From Azolla caroliniana (lineage: Eukaryota > Plantae > Polypodiophyta), in assembly GCA_043228905.1 (NCBI GenBank), contig JBHGNT010000001.1:32364001-32428000 (forward strand): DNA of 64,000 nucleotides, read 5' to 3'. The notes under the pieces were generated by a model that did not search any database, was not told the origin of the DNA, and saw nothing but the letters and a program-made list of their open reading frames with translations. Below are positions 39,010 to 53,199 of this stretch, piece after piece. Every line of letters starts with the position of its first letter. The first letter of the stretch is position 1. A program made the translations under genes and the position numbers.

Positions 39010-41726
39010 TTAACATGCTGATGACTTGCAAATAGGGCATTGATTCTTCTCATTAAGCCATTGCTTAATGCAAGTAACATGATAATGATGCCCACACTCC
39101 AACAAACCCAGCTCTTGAGATTCTTCAAAATCTTCCTGTGTAGCTCAACTACGTTTAGTTAGGAAAGATTCAGATAAACTTGTAAAATATTACTACCCAC
39201 ACAAGTCTTTGCATATAATACCTGACATATGCTACATTTAATCTCAATATCCTCTGGAACAGGGTTGACACAGCTGGGAGAGGGTGCATACTTCCGCAAC
39301 TTTACGCACTTTGAGATAGCTTCTTTACTTAAACCAGTACTGACCACTCCAATACGCTCTTCAAGGGCCAAAAGCTCCTGATAACTACTTACTCTTAAAA
39401 CACAAAAAGCATGCACGACAATTTGTTAAAAATAACATGATTACCTCGTATGACATGTTATCTACATCAATGCGCATGTCGCTATAATGATCATGAAGAC
39501 CAAGTCCTTCTAATATAGTTTCCTCAAGAGTTGTGATTTGCTGCAATTGTTACAAGTTAGGAACTCCATCAAAGGGAAATCCTAATGAACAGCACCATAC
39601 CAATATTATATTACCTCATATGTAAAATCTTCAATGTGTTCCAATGTTGCTAAAATCTGCTCCAAAAGCAGCTCCATTATGAGGAACAAAATTCAGTAGT
39701 ATTATTACTTAAACATACAGTGTAAACCAACCCAACATAATGTCGTGGATTAATGGACCCTAGAAAGCATCATCTATGAAATTCTGATATTATTCCTAAA
39801 CAAAGAATAGTGACAAGCTTCATTGCACGTTCAAGCCTCTGTTTCAGGATTAATGGAGCCTAGAAAAGCATCCTCTGCCTCGGGATTAATGGAGTCTACC
39901 TAATTGAAGAATCAACACTTTCTTATGTTGGGATGTTTTGTAATTGTACCCAAGCTCCCTATTCTTAAAATTTATGAACATAGGAGGGTATCCAAACCTA
40001 ATACACATGCAGCTTCAAGCAATCTCTATGTGATCTAATCATATAAGGTAAAACTTCAAAGGAATAGAGAATACTGAAAACACTTCAGAAGATAACCATA
40101 TGAACAGGAGCAATATACCTCAGACAAGCCCTCAACTGTTAGATGGTGTTGATATTCCACAGAAGAATAAAGATCTGATTCATGATCAGAGGAAAGATCT
40201 TGCATTGAATTTGCTCCATGGTTGAACCCTCTGTTGTGTGATCTACTGCCATTCCATGATGTATTCCTGAAAGGAAGCGGAGGTGGAGGACGGGAGAAAC
40301 TAAATTCATCTAGAGAAGGAAGAGGCAACGGAGGTGGTTCCCTCGCAACACTTATCTGATATGGGATATGTGCTGAGATCCTGTAAGGCAGTGGTGAGGA
40401 TCGAGAAAAATCAAATTCATTACTTGATCCTTCCAATAGATTTGAGGAACAAGGTGATGAATATAGCATAGCTCCACTTCTGATTGAACTCTCACCAGGA
40501 AATCTGATTGATGAAAGCCGACGTGGACTCTGTACTTCGGGATAAGTATCTGAAGATCCATTTGGAATGTTCACTGTGTTCAGCCCATGTAAATCACCAT
40601 TTGGAAACCTATTGGACTGTTCCTCTGCTGTCGACCTGAAATAACGATCATCGTCATGTCTGTGCGAGTGACTTGTCAGACATGGTTGGCCTATATGCTG
40701 CTGAATACTCCCTTCTGTTTCAACAGCACCCTGTGCCAACAGGCATTGGTTGAGCATTGGGTCATGCCCTGGACCACCTTTAAAGGATGATGATGATGTT
40801 CCACCCCTTGTGCCACTCCATTGGCTAATTGAAGTGCTACTTCTTGAGACCCAAGGACAGGCAGCACCCACAGCAGAACTGCTTTCAGCATCATGTCCAG
40901 GTACACCAACATTATACAAATTTTTTCTCTCATGAATCCCATGGCTACCATTCAGCTTTGTTGGTTCATAGACCACACTTCTACTTCTTGATGAAGAAAA
41001 ACTGGAATTTGATGCACCATATTCAGCATGAGACTTTCCCTTCACATCGAGTTTGAGGGAGTCTGTCTCCAGCAATTTTTCAATCCCAGGGTCTGCCTTT
41101 CCCTTGTATGATTTTCCACATTTGCTCCACTTCAATGCGGATTGAGTATACTTTATCGCACTTCTTGCAGATTCCGTATGCTTTGTTGTTCGGCTGGCGG
41201 ATTCCATGTGCTTCACTGCGGAATTTGGGGATCTGATTCTATCCATGGAATTCGGAACTTCGATACGTTTTCCATTCAAAGATATCAGACTGGTCATACG
41301 TGTATATTCCATATCCGAACGTAAACATGACCCAGATTCATCACAACTGCTAGATGCATTCCTTGACAGGACAGTGCTAATACCATTACTACAATGGCGA
41401 GTACTATTACTACTACATGATGCCACCTCATCAGACCAATTCCATTTATTCTTGTGCAGAGATGATGGACCTGGCCTTGTGCTTGAATGTTTTGGAGAAA
41501 TGGATATGCCAGGAGGAAATATATTACCTGGAGAAAGAAGCTTCCTCGAGCCCCTGGAATGTTTCACATTGTTTTCCCGGGTCTTACAAGAAGCATTTGC
41601 AGCGTTAGTCCTAGAATTGGAACATTCTGTTCCGAACCCATCCGCATGTTCAGCTCTGCCATGGCTCTCCAGCTCCAAGTGTTGACGTTGCGTGCCTTCG
41701 GCAGCAAACCTTTTGTTATCTTCCAT
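39010..41726 (-). CDS. CTL/MBR-type RING-H2 E3 ubiquitin ligase, 5 coding exons, ~675 aa
   Basis: Exons 41726-40119, 39656-39615, 39540-39445, 39377-39222 and 39135-39010, all phase-0 GT-AG. Motif HDHYSDMRIDVDNMSYEELLALEERIG. RING-H2 CSIC..ECGHHYHVTCIKQWL..KNQCPICK. An in-frame TAG sits directly before the ATG. Confidence 0.92.
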
Positions 41727-42155
41727 CTAAGAAGTCTGAAGACCTCTTCTGGACGTCTCAATAAAGATGCATGTATGTTTGCCAGCTGAGAAGAAAGCCC
41801 GATCATTCAAGGTGAAGAAAATATGCTCTCTTGATTGATGCAGAAGCTCCCGGGATTCAAAACAAGGGAAATTCTTCACAAGAGGAAGAAGAAGAAAAGT
41901 GGAAGTGAGGAGGAGGAGGAGGAGGAGGAGGAGGCAGACTGCATTGCTCTTGAAGAAGGAAGACAAACAAAAACGCAGAGGCCATGGCGAATCAAGCTTT
42001 GCTTTGTGTCTCTCTGTTTCTGAATGTGTCTTGTCTCTGTTTCTGGTGTGGCCCTTTTCACATGGGGCGTGTGAGTGTGTCCGGCCACTCGCCCTTTTCA
42101 CATGAGCCCTGCCTAACAAGTCCATGGCAATGGCCTGGCATGGCAATGGCCTGAC

Positions 42156-42211
42156 ATGGCAATGGCAATGGCAATGGCAATGGCAATGGCAATGGCAATG
42201 GAAATGGCAAT
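42156..42211. repeat. (ATGGCA)n hexamer repeat upstream of the RING-H2 gene
   Basis: About 9 units, with partial units from 42124. Confidence 0.85.
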
Positions 42212-44599
42212 AACAGGGCATGGGTTCATCATGCACCTCTTCTCGGCTCATGTGGACTCTATGTTTTGTGCCCCCCCATACCCACACACACACACAACCA
42301 CAACCACTACCACAACCAACCCCCAGATTGCAACAACTCCCTCCCTTACGAAAGATGGCCATTATTATTATTGGCATTATAAATTTATATGTATTCTTGT
42401 GTGTGTCTGTATCACATTTGGATTTCATGGGTATCCCGAAAAAAAAAAAAAATGAAATTAAGATGGCCAATATTGGCATTATAGGTGTTTGTGCACGTGT
42501 AAATCTCGCATTCAGACTTCGTTTGTGTATCCATTTTATGTAATGGTATGAAAGTTTTAGACGGAGAAATGCTTAACTTGTCGTAGTTATTCTCTTCAAA
42601 TGAGTATGAGTGAATGAGTGAGGGGCTTTTGTTATGTTTCATGTTTATGCGTGAAAATTGCAAACAACACATAAATGGATATGGGGATATTGAAATGTGT
42701 GGTGGTGCATGTAATTACCACGTCATCGATGAATTGCAGATTAAAAGTTTCAATCTCGCAAGCACATATCTTCCCCGTGTGCAACTGAGTGAGATAGTGG
42801 TGGTAGGGGGCATCATTTTGTGTTATGCCACCTTTCAAAAAGTTGTACATATAGCTACTTTTTATAATATCCGTATGAGAAATTTGGATGTATTCGAGAG
42901 TTTTATGCTAACATTTAAACCTAATGTGTCTACTTTACATGCACTCGAGTGTGATAGGGACGAAATTTGTACGAGGGTACTTGTCTCGTGAGCATCCAAA
43001 TGTACATGCTCTTTCACCTATTGGGAATATGAAGTCGATACCATGTCTATAGTATGCCTTCATCAAATCTCTGAAACAAAATGATATGTACTACAGTACT
43101 TATATATATTAGTGATAATACACTTACACATTTGTTAAGGTTGATTAGGTAGATAGTACAAATATTCTTGAAATGGAAAACTTACCCCACAAATACTTTT
43201 AGTTGTTGTGAAGGTGTAAGAAACCGTTCTATTGAAGTGTTTTAGATATGGTGGAATCCAACCGACAACTTTGTATAAAGATAGAGACTTGGAGGGGTGG
43301 GTGGGTCCTTTATTTTTTGTTCGACAATCAACATTCATGGAGGGTGTAGGATGTCACGCTGATGTAGAAATGGTGCTTTCCCAATATTGCCACCAATATG
43401 TGTAATCTTGTTGGTAATGCTCAAAAGCAAAAAAATGAAAAAGAGAAGGAAGTAGTGGTTCACATTTATTAACATGAAACTACCACTATATGTACTACTT
43501 CAAATAGTAGTAGTAATAATAATAATGTACTAATAATCTTTGTCGGTGTTCAAAACCGAGGCCATGACTTCTGTGCTCGAACTCTTGAGCATGTGAAATA
43601 CAAAGAAACGAGAAACAATGCCTCCTATGACAAACCATGCAATATGGTCATCATCACCGATACAAATATCACATGTAAATGGTCATCACCAATGTTAGGA
43701 TTTAACATGCAACCTACAATTTCATGGGACGTGTACTTTTAAAACATGACAATTTTATTGGAATGGCAAGTTTCTACTTGCCTCCGGGTTCAAAAGACTT
43801 TGTTAATTGTCTAGAAGCACAAAATATAAGACATTTTCACATATTCAAATAATACTATAGCAACTGTCATGCATTTATTTTCGCAACAAAAAAAGTCTAA
43901 AAAATTGCTAACAAACCACATAACATTATATAAAGATGATTTAATCCACCGCATGTAATATTGATAGAAAGCTAGCATTTCCATGCAAATACCATGGCAT
44001 GTTTATTTATCAAAATCATGATGTTAATTACCCAATTATTCTATTCCTCGTATCCTTCAAAGCTTCAAACTTCCAAAGCATTTGCCCCACAAAACCTGTT
44101 GAAAAATGTTCTCAGTTTTTTTTTTCATAAAAAATATCCTCCATTGGTATTAAAATTAAAGTGACTAGAGGCAATATACAAATAGTATATAATATATTCC
44201 ATCTCATCAAGTATAGATCATCAGAGAAAGGACCAAACTTCACCTCTTTTGTGGTCATATTCTATATTGACTAAGCATAAATCATCTAGAAAAGAAGCAA
44301 AGTTACTCTTTTGCGGATGTAGAAGTATAAGATATTGAGGAGAATATTCTTTCTGTTTTTGAAATCTATTGCCAATCACATCATCAAAGAGCAGAGGCAA
44401 GAGTTGAGAAAATTGTTCTCATTTTGGTGTATTAATGCCCACAAACGTCGATTAACTTCAATTTTATTCCTTTGTATTTGTGAGAATATAACTTATAATA
44501 AAATATGCTAAACAACGCCAATTTCAAGCAGAACCTCTTAATATACAACAAGGTTTACCACCCAACTTCTATGGTAGCTATTGTTTATTTTTATGGATA

Positions 44600-47500
44600 T
44601 GGAGTAAATGTGTAATGTGTGAATAAACAAAATGGTGTGAGAAGGAAAATGAATGAAAGAGAGAGATAAGGTCAGATCTCAATCCAATCGTTTATTTCGA
44701 TTGGGGATTGTACATTTGGAAGACGTGGTTGATAATGAATCTCAAAGGTTGTCAGAATTTGAAGATGCCAAGTGATGGTTATGTATTCCCCCAAATTATG
44801 GATTTATTTGGGAGAAATTACAAGATATACCATTGTTGCAAGGATCTTTGCCATTGAAAACAAATGTCGCACTATGTCTGCCTTTTTTAATAGTCAAGGG
44901 GCAAATCTCCATGGTCTTTCGATCCCTAACTCAAGGAAGTCCGTGCTGGACTCGGAGTTTGCGGACGATACAATGTTATACCTCCAAGGAAATGAAGCGA
45001 ATCTTGAGCAGGCACAGAGTGCTATTGATCTCTTTCGCAAAGCATCAAGAGCCTCCATCAATTGGAATAAGTCCAAGAGTTTCTGGATCAGCTCGGAGTC
45101 TGAGACTGTTTGGAAGTCAAATGTTGAATTCAAATGGATTGCAAACGGGGAAGCCACTAGGTATCTGGGAACGTGGATTGGTGTAGATATTGACAAAGTA
45201 ATTCAATTGCAACAATTTCAAAGTAAAATCTGTGACAAAATTCACAACTGGTCAGGGATGAACTTATCATTGGCTAGCAGGATCATAGTAGCTAACCATG
45301 TGCTCTTGTCTACATTATGGCATGCAGTTTCAGTGTGGATGTTTGACAAGCAAGCTATTCGTACTGTTAAAGCGTGTATTAGGGGATTCCTATGGGTTGG
45401 GATCAGGAAAGACAACGCGACAGCCAAAGTATCACGGTCTACGTTGGTTCTTCCCAAGAGTAAGGGGGTTTAGGACAGATTGACCCTGGATTGCAGAGTC
45501 ATGCATTGTTATGTAAGGTATTGGTAAGGAGCTTGCTACCCGGTAACGAGTTATGGAACATTGATACATAATAGGAGCATTCATTGGAGTCCTAGACTAG
45601 GTGGGCAATGGAAGTCACACATCATGGCTTTTTTGTATGGACTTAAAGTTGAGGAAATCTAACCGGTTGGCTGATCGTGGAGTATGCTCCGTGGGCATCT
45701 AAGTCAGAATCGTCCAAGTACTAGTGCTGAATGGATGCGCCAACCCCTATTGTGGAACGAGACTGTACAATCGCCAGAGGGAAAGATGCTTGGACATAGC
45801 AAGCGTATGTCGTGGTCTATATTGTATTGTCAAGGGATTCACTCAGTGGCAGATTGGATGCGGTTGTCCGGCAGTAATCATGATAAATTATATGAAGACG
45901 TGGGAAAGGTCAGAAATGGCAAAAAGATGCTTGACCTAGTCAATACAGTTGTCTACTCGCTTCCTATTGGTAATGAGGAAGAGGGTGAATGGTTCGGAAA
46001 ATGTGATGATTCCGGAAAAATTATCAATGTCAGGGGTCTAGGAAAGAATGGGAAGATCGTCCAGTTGGGATCAATAGATGAAAGTGCATGTTGGTACCCA
46101 ATTAGAATTGTGGCAAGAGACGAAAGGAAATGGAAGGTGAATCCAGTAGTCGAAGAGGTTGAGGAGGACTGGATCTTGTACGTGGTTGAAGGCAAGCCTC
46201 TTGAGTGCTTAAAATGGGATCCCGCTGAATATACGTGGAAGGGAGAACAAGATAAATCATTAGGTTTCTTCGAATACTCGACGCGCTTAGGGAGAAAGTT
46301 AGGTTGGTATCGTGAGAAGTGTGCCAACAAGTGGGCCCATGTAGCTGTTGATTTAGTTTTCGTGGATAGAACCAGGAGAAGGATATGGAACTCATCCCTT
46401 CTCGAGCGGGTCAAAGTGTTTTCCTGGTTAATCACCCATCGGGTTGTTCCAACGGGAGAGTGGCTTGGGAATAGAGGTGGCATGAGTAGTTGCAAGGCCT
46501 GCAGTGCGAGCTTGGAGGACATCGCACATTGTTTGTGGTGTTGCCCACGAGCCCAAGAAATTTGGATGAGGAGCTTAAGAATCTTGGCTCGGTTTGGGGT
46601 TGAGGTTCATCTATCGAGCGCAACAGTCACTTGGTTGGCCACTAAATCGGCTTCGTGGTTTCAAGGGTGGAATGGAAATAGTCCTTCTTTAAAGGTGATA
46701 CAAGGAACTGTACAACCAGTGCAAGGAGGTTCATTCTTCTTACATGAACGCTACGTGGACATATGGTTATTGTGGTCCGCCTTATGGTTTGGCAAGTGTG
46801 GGTATCTAGGTGCAAGGAGACTTTTGCAGGTAAGCGAACCCCACCAGCTGAGAATTTAATGATGATCTGGTTTAATCTTATTTCTACGTTACGAGGAGAG
46901 TTTGAAAGTTTTCAAGGGCCCTCTAACGCAAGTGAAGAAGCTAGAGCTCGGTTCCTTCTAAAAGGGAGCGGTTCGTCGATGTTGCAGATGGTGGATGGTA
47001 AAGCGAAGTGGAATTATCAACCATCACGGTGGTTGTTCCCTCCGAGTGTACCTAACATCTAAATGGGTGCTGCCACAAGAAGTGAATGGAGGAAGCCTAT
47101 GCTGAATTCGGGTTGTATGAGGCTCACATGGAGAGTATGTATTCGGGTAATGCTATGCGCATCGAATGATGTGGTGTTTTGGAGTTGTTTTTGTTGTTTC
47201 CTCTACACATATTGTTTTCTTTTGACATGCAAGATGACTTGTAAGATATGAATTGTAAATTATCCTATGTACATTACCTTAACTAATGGAAGTAGGTTTT
47301 TTTTTGGAAAAAAAACAAATGTCGCACCTTGGGTGGATTGGCAATTACAAGATGGTACACACTTGTTACAGGTCACTACAAATATATTGTATGATCATGC
47401 AATGACATCATTATCTTGGCTATCTCCTAAAGCAGGGAAGTTGTGGAATGTATGTAAGTCTGATGCAAGGTGGTGGAAAATATTACATGGTTGGCATTCC

Positions 47501-48075
47501 CATCTACCATTTCGTGCAAAGGTATTCATATGGAGAGTCATGATTGGTGGGCTCCCATTAGGTTCGGTTGTAAAGAGACGAGGATTAGGGTTTGGCACTT
47601 GTTTCTTTTGCATTGTTCCATTGGAGGATAGTACACATAGGTTCATTAAATGTCTTATAGCATGTACCATTTGGAAGTACTTATCGAACATTTGGCAAGT
47701 TTTAACTCGTTGTTGTTTGAGACCTCAACAATAGGTATTTTCTCAATATGTTCAAAATGGTTCAAATGATGAGATGGAGATATTGTTCTAATTTTGTTAT
47801 TGGGGACTACAACACAATTGGAATATGCGTAATGCTTTCATGTTTGATAATAGACATAGGGTGAAAGCCTGTATAAAGAAGTTGAAAGGTATTCTCATGT
47901 GGAATTTTTAGATGTTAGAGCATGTGGAGAACATTTACTCAAATGCCATTCCAGGACATCCCTCTCCCTACATAGGCATATGATAGGTAGAGGAGACTAA
48001 GAAGTGTTGTAACTAAGTGTATTTTACATACAATTATTATAATTGTGTGCTTTTACCAAAAAAAAGAAAAGAAAA
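44600..48075 (+). mobile_element. Old LINE 3' fragment (host), split by the nested LINE at 44873-47311
   Basis: Rejoined frame LQGSLPLKTNVA|PWVDWQ...AKVFIWRVMIGGLPLG..CFFCIVPLEDSTHRFIKC (zf-RVT-like). A-rich end at ~48058-48075. The left boundary is approximate. Confidence 0.7.
44873..47311 (+). mobile_element. 5'-truncated L1-clade LINE (RT C-terminal half plus zf-RVT) with 16-bp TSD
   Basis: TSD AAAACAAATGTCGCAC at 44857-44872 and 47312-47327. RT motifs SEFADDT, ASINWNKS and RYLG; CKAC..EDIAHCLWCC; tail AACTAATGGAAGTAGG(T)9GG(A)n. Frameshifts near 45470, 45680 and 46770. Confidence 0.93.
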
Positions 48076-48195
48076 GGTGAGATTGGAGCGTTGCACTTGT
48101 CTTTAATGTTCTCATATGGAAGCTCTTTTATGTTAAGTGGACATATTCACTCTACTTTATCCCTCTAGAGTCTAGTTGATTTGCCCCCACCCCCC

Positions 48196-48233
<38 letters not shown>

Positions 48234-51022
48234 GCATGTCTTTAGTTGTATGTCCTCTGAATTCTAGATCCCAAAAAGCGCTTCAAAAAGCTATCGTAAC
48301 TATAACCCTTTGAGTCACTTTACTCAAAATTAAAGTGAACCAAGATCCCCGAAAGTTGTTTGAAAAACTACGACAATGACTACGAGTCTTCTATTAATAT
48401 TGTCACCAACATTAGCATTTGACAGATAACCCACTATTTACATGGGGTACGTAGTTTAAAAACATGTTTGTCTTATTGGAATGGTAAATTCCTAACTTCA
48501 TTGTGTATTGACATTCTAAGCTAATTGTCCAAAAGCACAAATGCAACTTTTTCATAGATCAACATGATGTTATAACAACGACACATATTTGGTTTTCATA
48601 CCTTGATGTTACTCAAAATCCCCATAACTTATATATAAATATGATGTAATTGATCACAAACAATATTTAACTACACAAACCACATAATAATATTGAAAGA
48701 TGATGTGTGTATATGCGCACGTTGTGACATATTCATTGATCAACATTCAATTGTTGTCATTGATCCAAAATTCCATTCTACATGTCCTTCTAGGGTTTGG
48801 AGCATTTGCCCCACATGGCCTCTTCAAAATCAATCTTGTTCCGTGCCTTGATGCACAAAAACATCAATAAACTTAAAACTTTAAGAGAGGGTTTCCAAAT
48901 TTATTTTCATATTATCCATCTTAAAGTTTCATGGTTAGGACTATGAATGAACACTTTTTATACTTTATAAGTGATGTTTGGTTTGTTGTGGGTGAAAATA
49001 TAAATGGAATTATGAAGCCAATAGTGAAGTAGAGAGAATATGTTATGAAAGAGGTTTTGGTACAAGCTGTTTATAAAGCTACATAAGTTCTCTCATTGTC
49101 CACGTTGATGAGTAAAGGTTTTCCATTCAACTCACTCTCTCAAAAAAAAACTACATGTCAGTGACGTATTCAGTTACCTAGGACAAGTGGACGGTCATCA
49201 AATCCTATCATTGATTGTCAGTAAAGAGAATTCAAAGATATTAACTCAATACAACTCCCCCCTTCCAACCTCAAGTTTACAAAAGAGTACTAAATGTGAC
49301 ATCACCAATGCACACCCACCATCTTATATTTTATATCCTAATGAAACACCATCTATTTCTCGTACTCCGTAGGGATTGGTTCTAACACGATAAAAATGGA
49401 ATTATGTGTATCAAATAGAATTTGAGTAACTCCACTACGAAGGTGCATTAATTATGTCAATAATCCAGGTTGATGCATGTAATCAAATTATTGTTTCACC
49501 CAACCAAGTTTTAACTCACGATTGCAAATCATGATCATGATCATGTGATAACCCTACCATGGAAAATAAGAAATGTGTTTTGAAGTTCATAAAAGTAGTG
49601 AAGGAAGCTTATGCATGTCATATTTACAACACGAGCTACACGAGGTTGCAATGAGAACATTCCATGGTGCCAGTGAAAGTTTCCAAGCACACACTTGGCG
49701 CAACAAGGTTGTTCATACACAACTTCCTAATACAAGAATGACATCCAAAGAACAATTTACTACTATGTTGTCGGTTGTCCAAACTGGGTTGTAACAATAA
49801 AACACTTAAATGCAAAAATGTATGGGAGTCCATCCCTAAGGAATTCTAAAACTTGACATGTGCTCTAGGCGTAAACTATTGACCTTCTTCGACTAGGCGA
49901 TGCACCCTCAGGTCAACAAATACATTGATGACCATGACCCACACATTTGATGAAGAATTCTAGTGCCTTCAAACATCAAAGATTGATTGAACCCACTTAG
50001 TTATTGTGCCTCCAAAAGGCCAATCAATCAATGGCCATAAGAGTCTCCACGATATCCTTTGGACCTCAAGGAATTTTGTATGCAAAGTGCTGTGACACCC
50101 GAGGAAAACTAAGCTTTTGGACTTCAAATCTTTTCATGTCTCTTCTCTTGGAAGGGATGTATGGGATTATAATGGCATGGACCCAGAAAGGTCACATTAG
50201 GTTCAAGATAGCTAAGCTGTTTTAAGTTAACCAGCTCCAAGGTGTATGTGCTCTGAGCTCATCGAAACTTACAGAATTCAGCAATGAGAGAGGAGATATT
50301 TCATCATTTAGGGCGGTTAGGAGGTCCTAATTTGCCCCTTGAAAGCATAGAAATGGAGTACTAAAAGGGGAGTTTCGACAAGCTCTCTCATCCCTATAGG
50401 CTATCCTCTCAAATGGGTTGGGGGGGGGCTTGTGATAGGCTAATTAGTGAGATTTTTAGGACAAATTGGTCCACTCACCCCTGCATTTGCTGTGATCTCC
50501 GATATTGAAGCTCAGTATGCACCCAAAAAAAAACATTAGTACGAAGATGTGATCTACCAAACCTGGCATCAATTAATGTGTATCATTTTTTTTGGTAGTA
50601 TATAATCTTGTTCTTAATGCTAATATAAAAACAACAACAAATAAAAAGCAATCGACCCCGAGGAAGAATGTGCACAAGACCAAAATAATTAGAGCTTGCT
50701 CAGGCATCAGAGTATTACCTATCAGTAATATATGGGAGGCCGCAAGGATTCATACATTTTTCATGAATGGGTCTACATTATATAATATTGTAATGACTTG
50801 GAAGGCTTGATTATGTATACTTTCATTAGTATCATGGCTGATTTGACTGATGATGTGTGATACCAAGGAACATAGGAGAATAAACAAAATCCTCAGAAAT
50901 TAGTACAATGCTCACATATATATATGTGGTCAATATTGGGGGGGGGGGGGGGTTCAAGAGAAAAAATAAATAAGAATGATTTGATTGATGGCAGACTTGC
51001 TAGCTAGCTAGCTAGCTAGAGC

Positions 51023-53199
51023 CTAGAAGACCAGCTGGGAGAGGTTCATGGGGCTGATGTCGGACGTGGGACCGAAGAAAACCCGATTGGTGATAATCCG
51101 GTTCACGGCTTCGGAAGGATGGAATGGGTCCCAGAAGACATACGAGTCGCGGTCTTCACAGATCTTGAAGGATGGTTGGCATCCCAGCAGACTGCGGTAC
51201 TTAGTCCCCCTCCCACAGCATGCAGTGTTCACATTCGTAAACCCTACACATGTCCCATCCCCATGGCTACATTAGTCCTGGATCCACCCATTCATTCATT
51301 ATGATCTATCTAGCCAGGAGATACAATGCACTAGAAAATTTTAATCATGGTTCATTGCCAAAGGAGCTTAAGTAGTAATATCATCACATGACATTGAATT
51401 GTGTGTGTGTGTGTGTGTTTTCTTTTAATTTAGTGTTGCATACCAAACTCTGAAGGGTTCTGAATGATATCCATAGCTATGTCGTATGCATTCGAATAGA
51501 ATATGGTGGAATCAGGAAGTTCTTGTTGCAAGTCCGCAAGCATCGACTTGAGGTGGTCGTTAAACGCGATTGCCATCTATCACCATCACCATCATCATTA
51601 TGAATACCAGTACTAAGAAAATAGATGAAACTCTGGTCCTTTGCTTAATTTTTATTTGCTATGCACAAGTTGGGCGCTACATTTCGGGTACCTGCTGAAA
51701 GCTTTCGATGCATGCACCCGTCAGATCAATGAGGAACCGCTCTCCAATGTTCAAAGGCATGCATCCAATCGGCCCCATTCCTGCGAACACTAATTTGCGT
51801 GCTCCATAGCTGTAAAGTGTCTGTCGATCGATCGACCCGTCACAGAATTAGCAAAACAAACTAGATTTTGTGCCACAAAATTTCTGAATAGATACATACA
51901 TACATACATATATGCTATTGAAAATGACTACTCAAATTTGCTCCAATAGATTCATGTTTATTATTGCCATTGAAAAATGACTAACTCAAACGTTGTGTAG
52001 TAGTTTTGGAGTTAGCCGATGCATGAATTCGGATACCTTCGCTTGTTGGTTGAGGACGGACATTAGGAGATCGAGGAATTCCGGGAATGTGAATTGTCGC
52101 TTGCGAGGCGAGAAAGGGAGGAGGTAGTTACTGAGGAGGTCGTTCGATCCAATGTTGATGGAATAGAAGGCACCATTGAGGATACGGGTTGCCTCCGCAT
52201 CGCCCACCATCATCTTCAGCGCATCAGCATACTCGCCCATCTGACTCACTTGATCACTCATCCGGTAACGCTGAATCTGGTTAACCACATAAAAAAATCA
52301 AACAAACACATCACTATACTAGACAATATAATCCCCCCTAACCTTGGCGCGCGCACACACACACACACACACACAAAGAAAAGGTTCAATCATGATCACT
52401 CCAAATATATTGTAACTCCATACAAAGACTCGGCCCGTGTCATTGAGAATGCCCGCCCCTCCCGATGCAAAGTTGGCTCCGAGGAGCATCGTCTCGCCGG
52501 TGTTGCCGGGATCGTTGTACGGTAAGGGATGTTTCACTCCCCAATATTCAACTAGTATTCCATTCAAAACATGTATAAATCATTAGCTGCCATTTCTTTA
52601 GATGCTTGGGGTCCTTAATTACTATCTTTAAATATGATTGAATGATGTGAGTGTGAGGCATTGGATGGACTTGAGTGACAGCTACAGGCCGCCTGATGCA
52701 CTAATGGTAGTGTTTCCTAATCTTGGCACTCCCATTTTTTTCTAATGCAATCTCAATGGTTTATGCTAAAAGTAAAGGAGGAGCTATGGTCCTACTGACC
52801 CATAGCTCCAAATATGTACTTAAATAACCTTACATTGTGGACACCCAACTCATCCTTAATAGTTGCCGGATTAATACGAAAGAGAGAAGGATTTCGAACA
52901 CAACATATATATCACGTACCCGCGAAATCAGAGACGAGGCGGCCATTGCAGTAGCGGCCGGTGGGTTGGCCCCCGGGGAAATCTATGCCGTAAGGATGGT
53001 GGTCGGCTTTGGAGATGGTTGATGGAAGCCGGTTATTGGTTCCCGTGTCCACGAGCGAGTCCCCGAAAATGAACGCCGCTGTGGGACGAGACCTTGGGGG
53101 CGATCCAATGTAGCCCGCGGACACGGGATCACCGGACGTAACTAGTAGCGCCACGGCAAGGATTGCCAAAAGATGGGAGCTACTGGCTAATGTGGGCAT
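51023..53199 (-). CDS. GDSL esterase/lipase (SGNH hydrolase) with signal peptide, 6 exons, ~376 aa
   Basis: Exons 53199-52920, 52551-52424, 52276-52037, 51820-51692, 51576-51444 and 51243-51023 (1131 nt, GT-AG). Blocks [23 protein letters not shown] and FWDPFHPSE. Hydrophobic N-terminus [11 protein letters not shown]. Confidence 0.93.

Noticed and set aside
41727-42479. 250-aa ORF abutting the RING-H2 start
   Set aside because: Built from microsatellites (CH, L and VC runs), has no domain, ends in TAG before the real ATG, and spans a likely 5' UTR intron acceptor near 41786.
49225-49275. Minus-strand PPT-like GGAAGGGGGAG followed by TTGT
   Set aside because: No matching LTR partner, PBS or coding relic could be identified.
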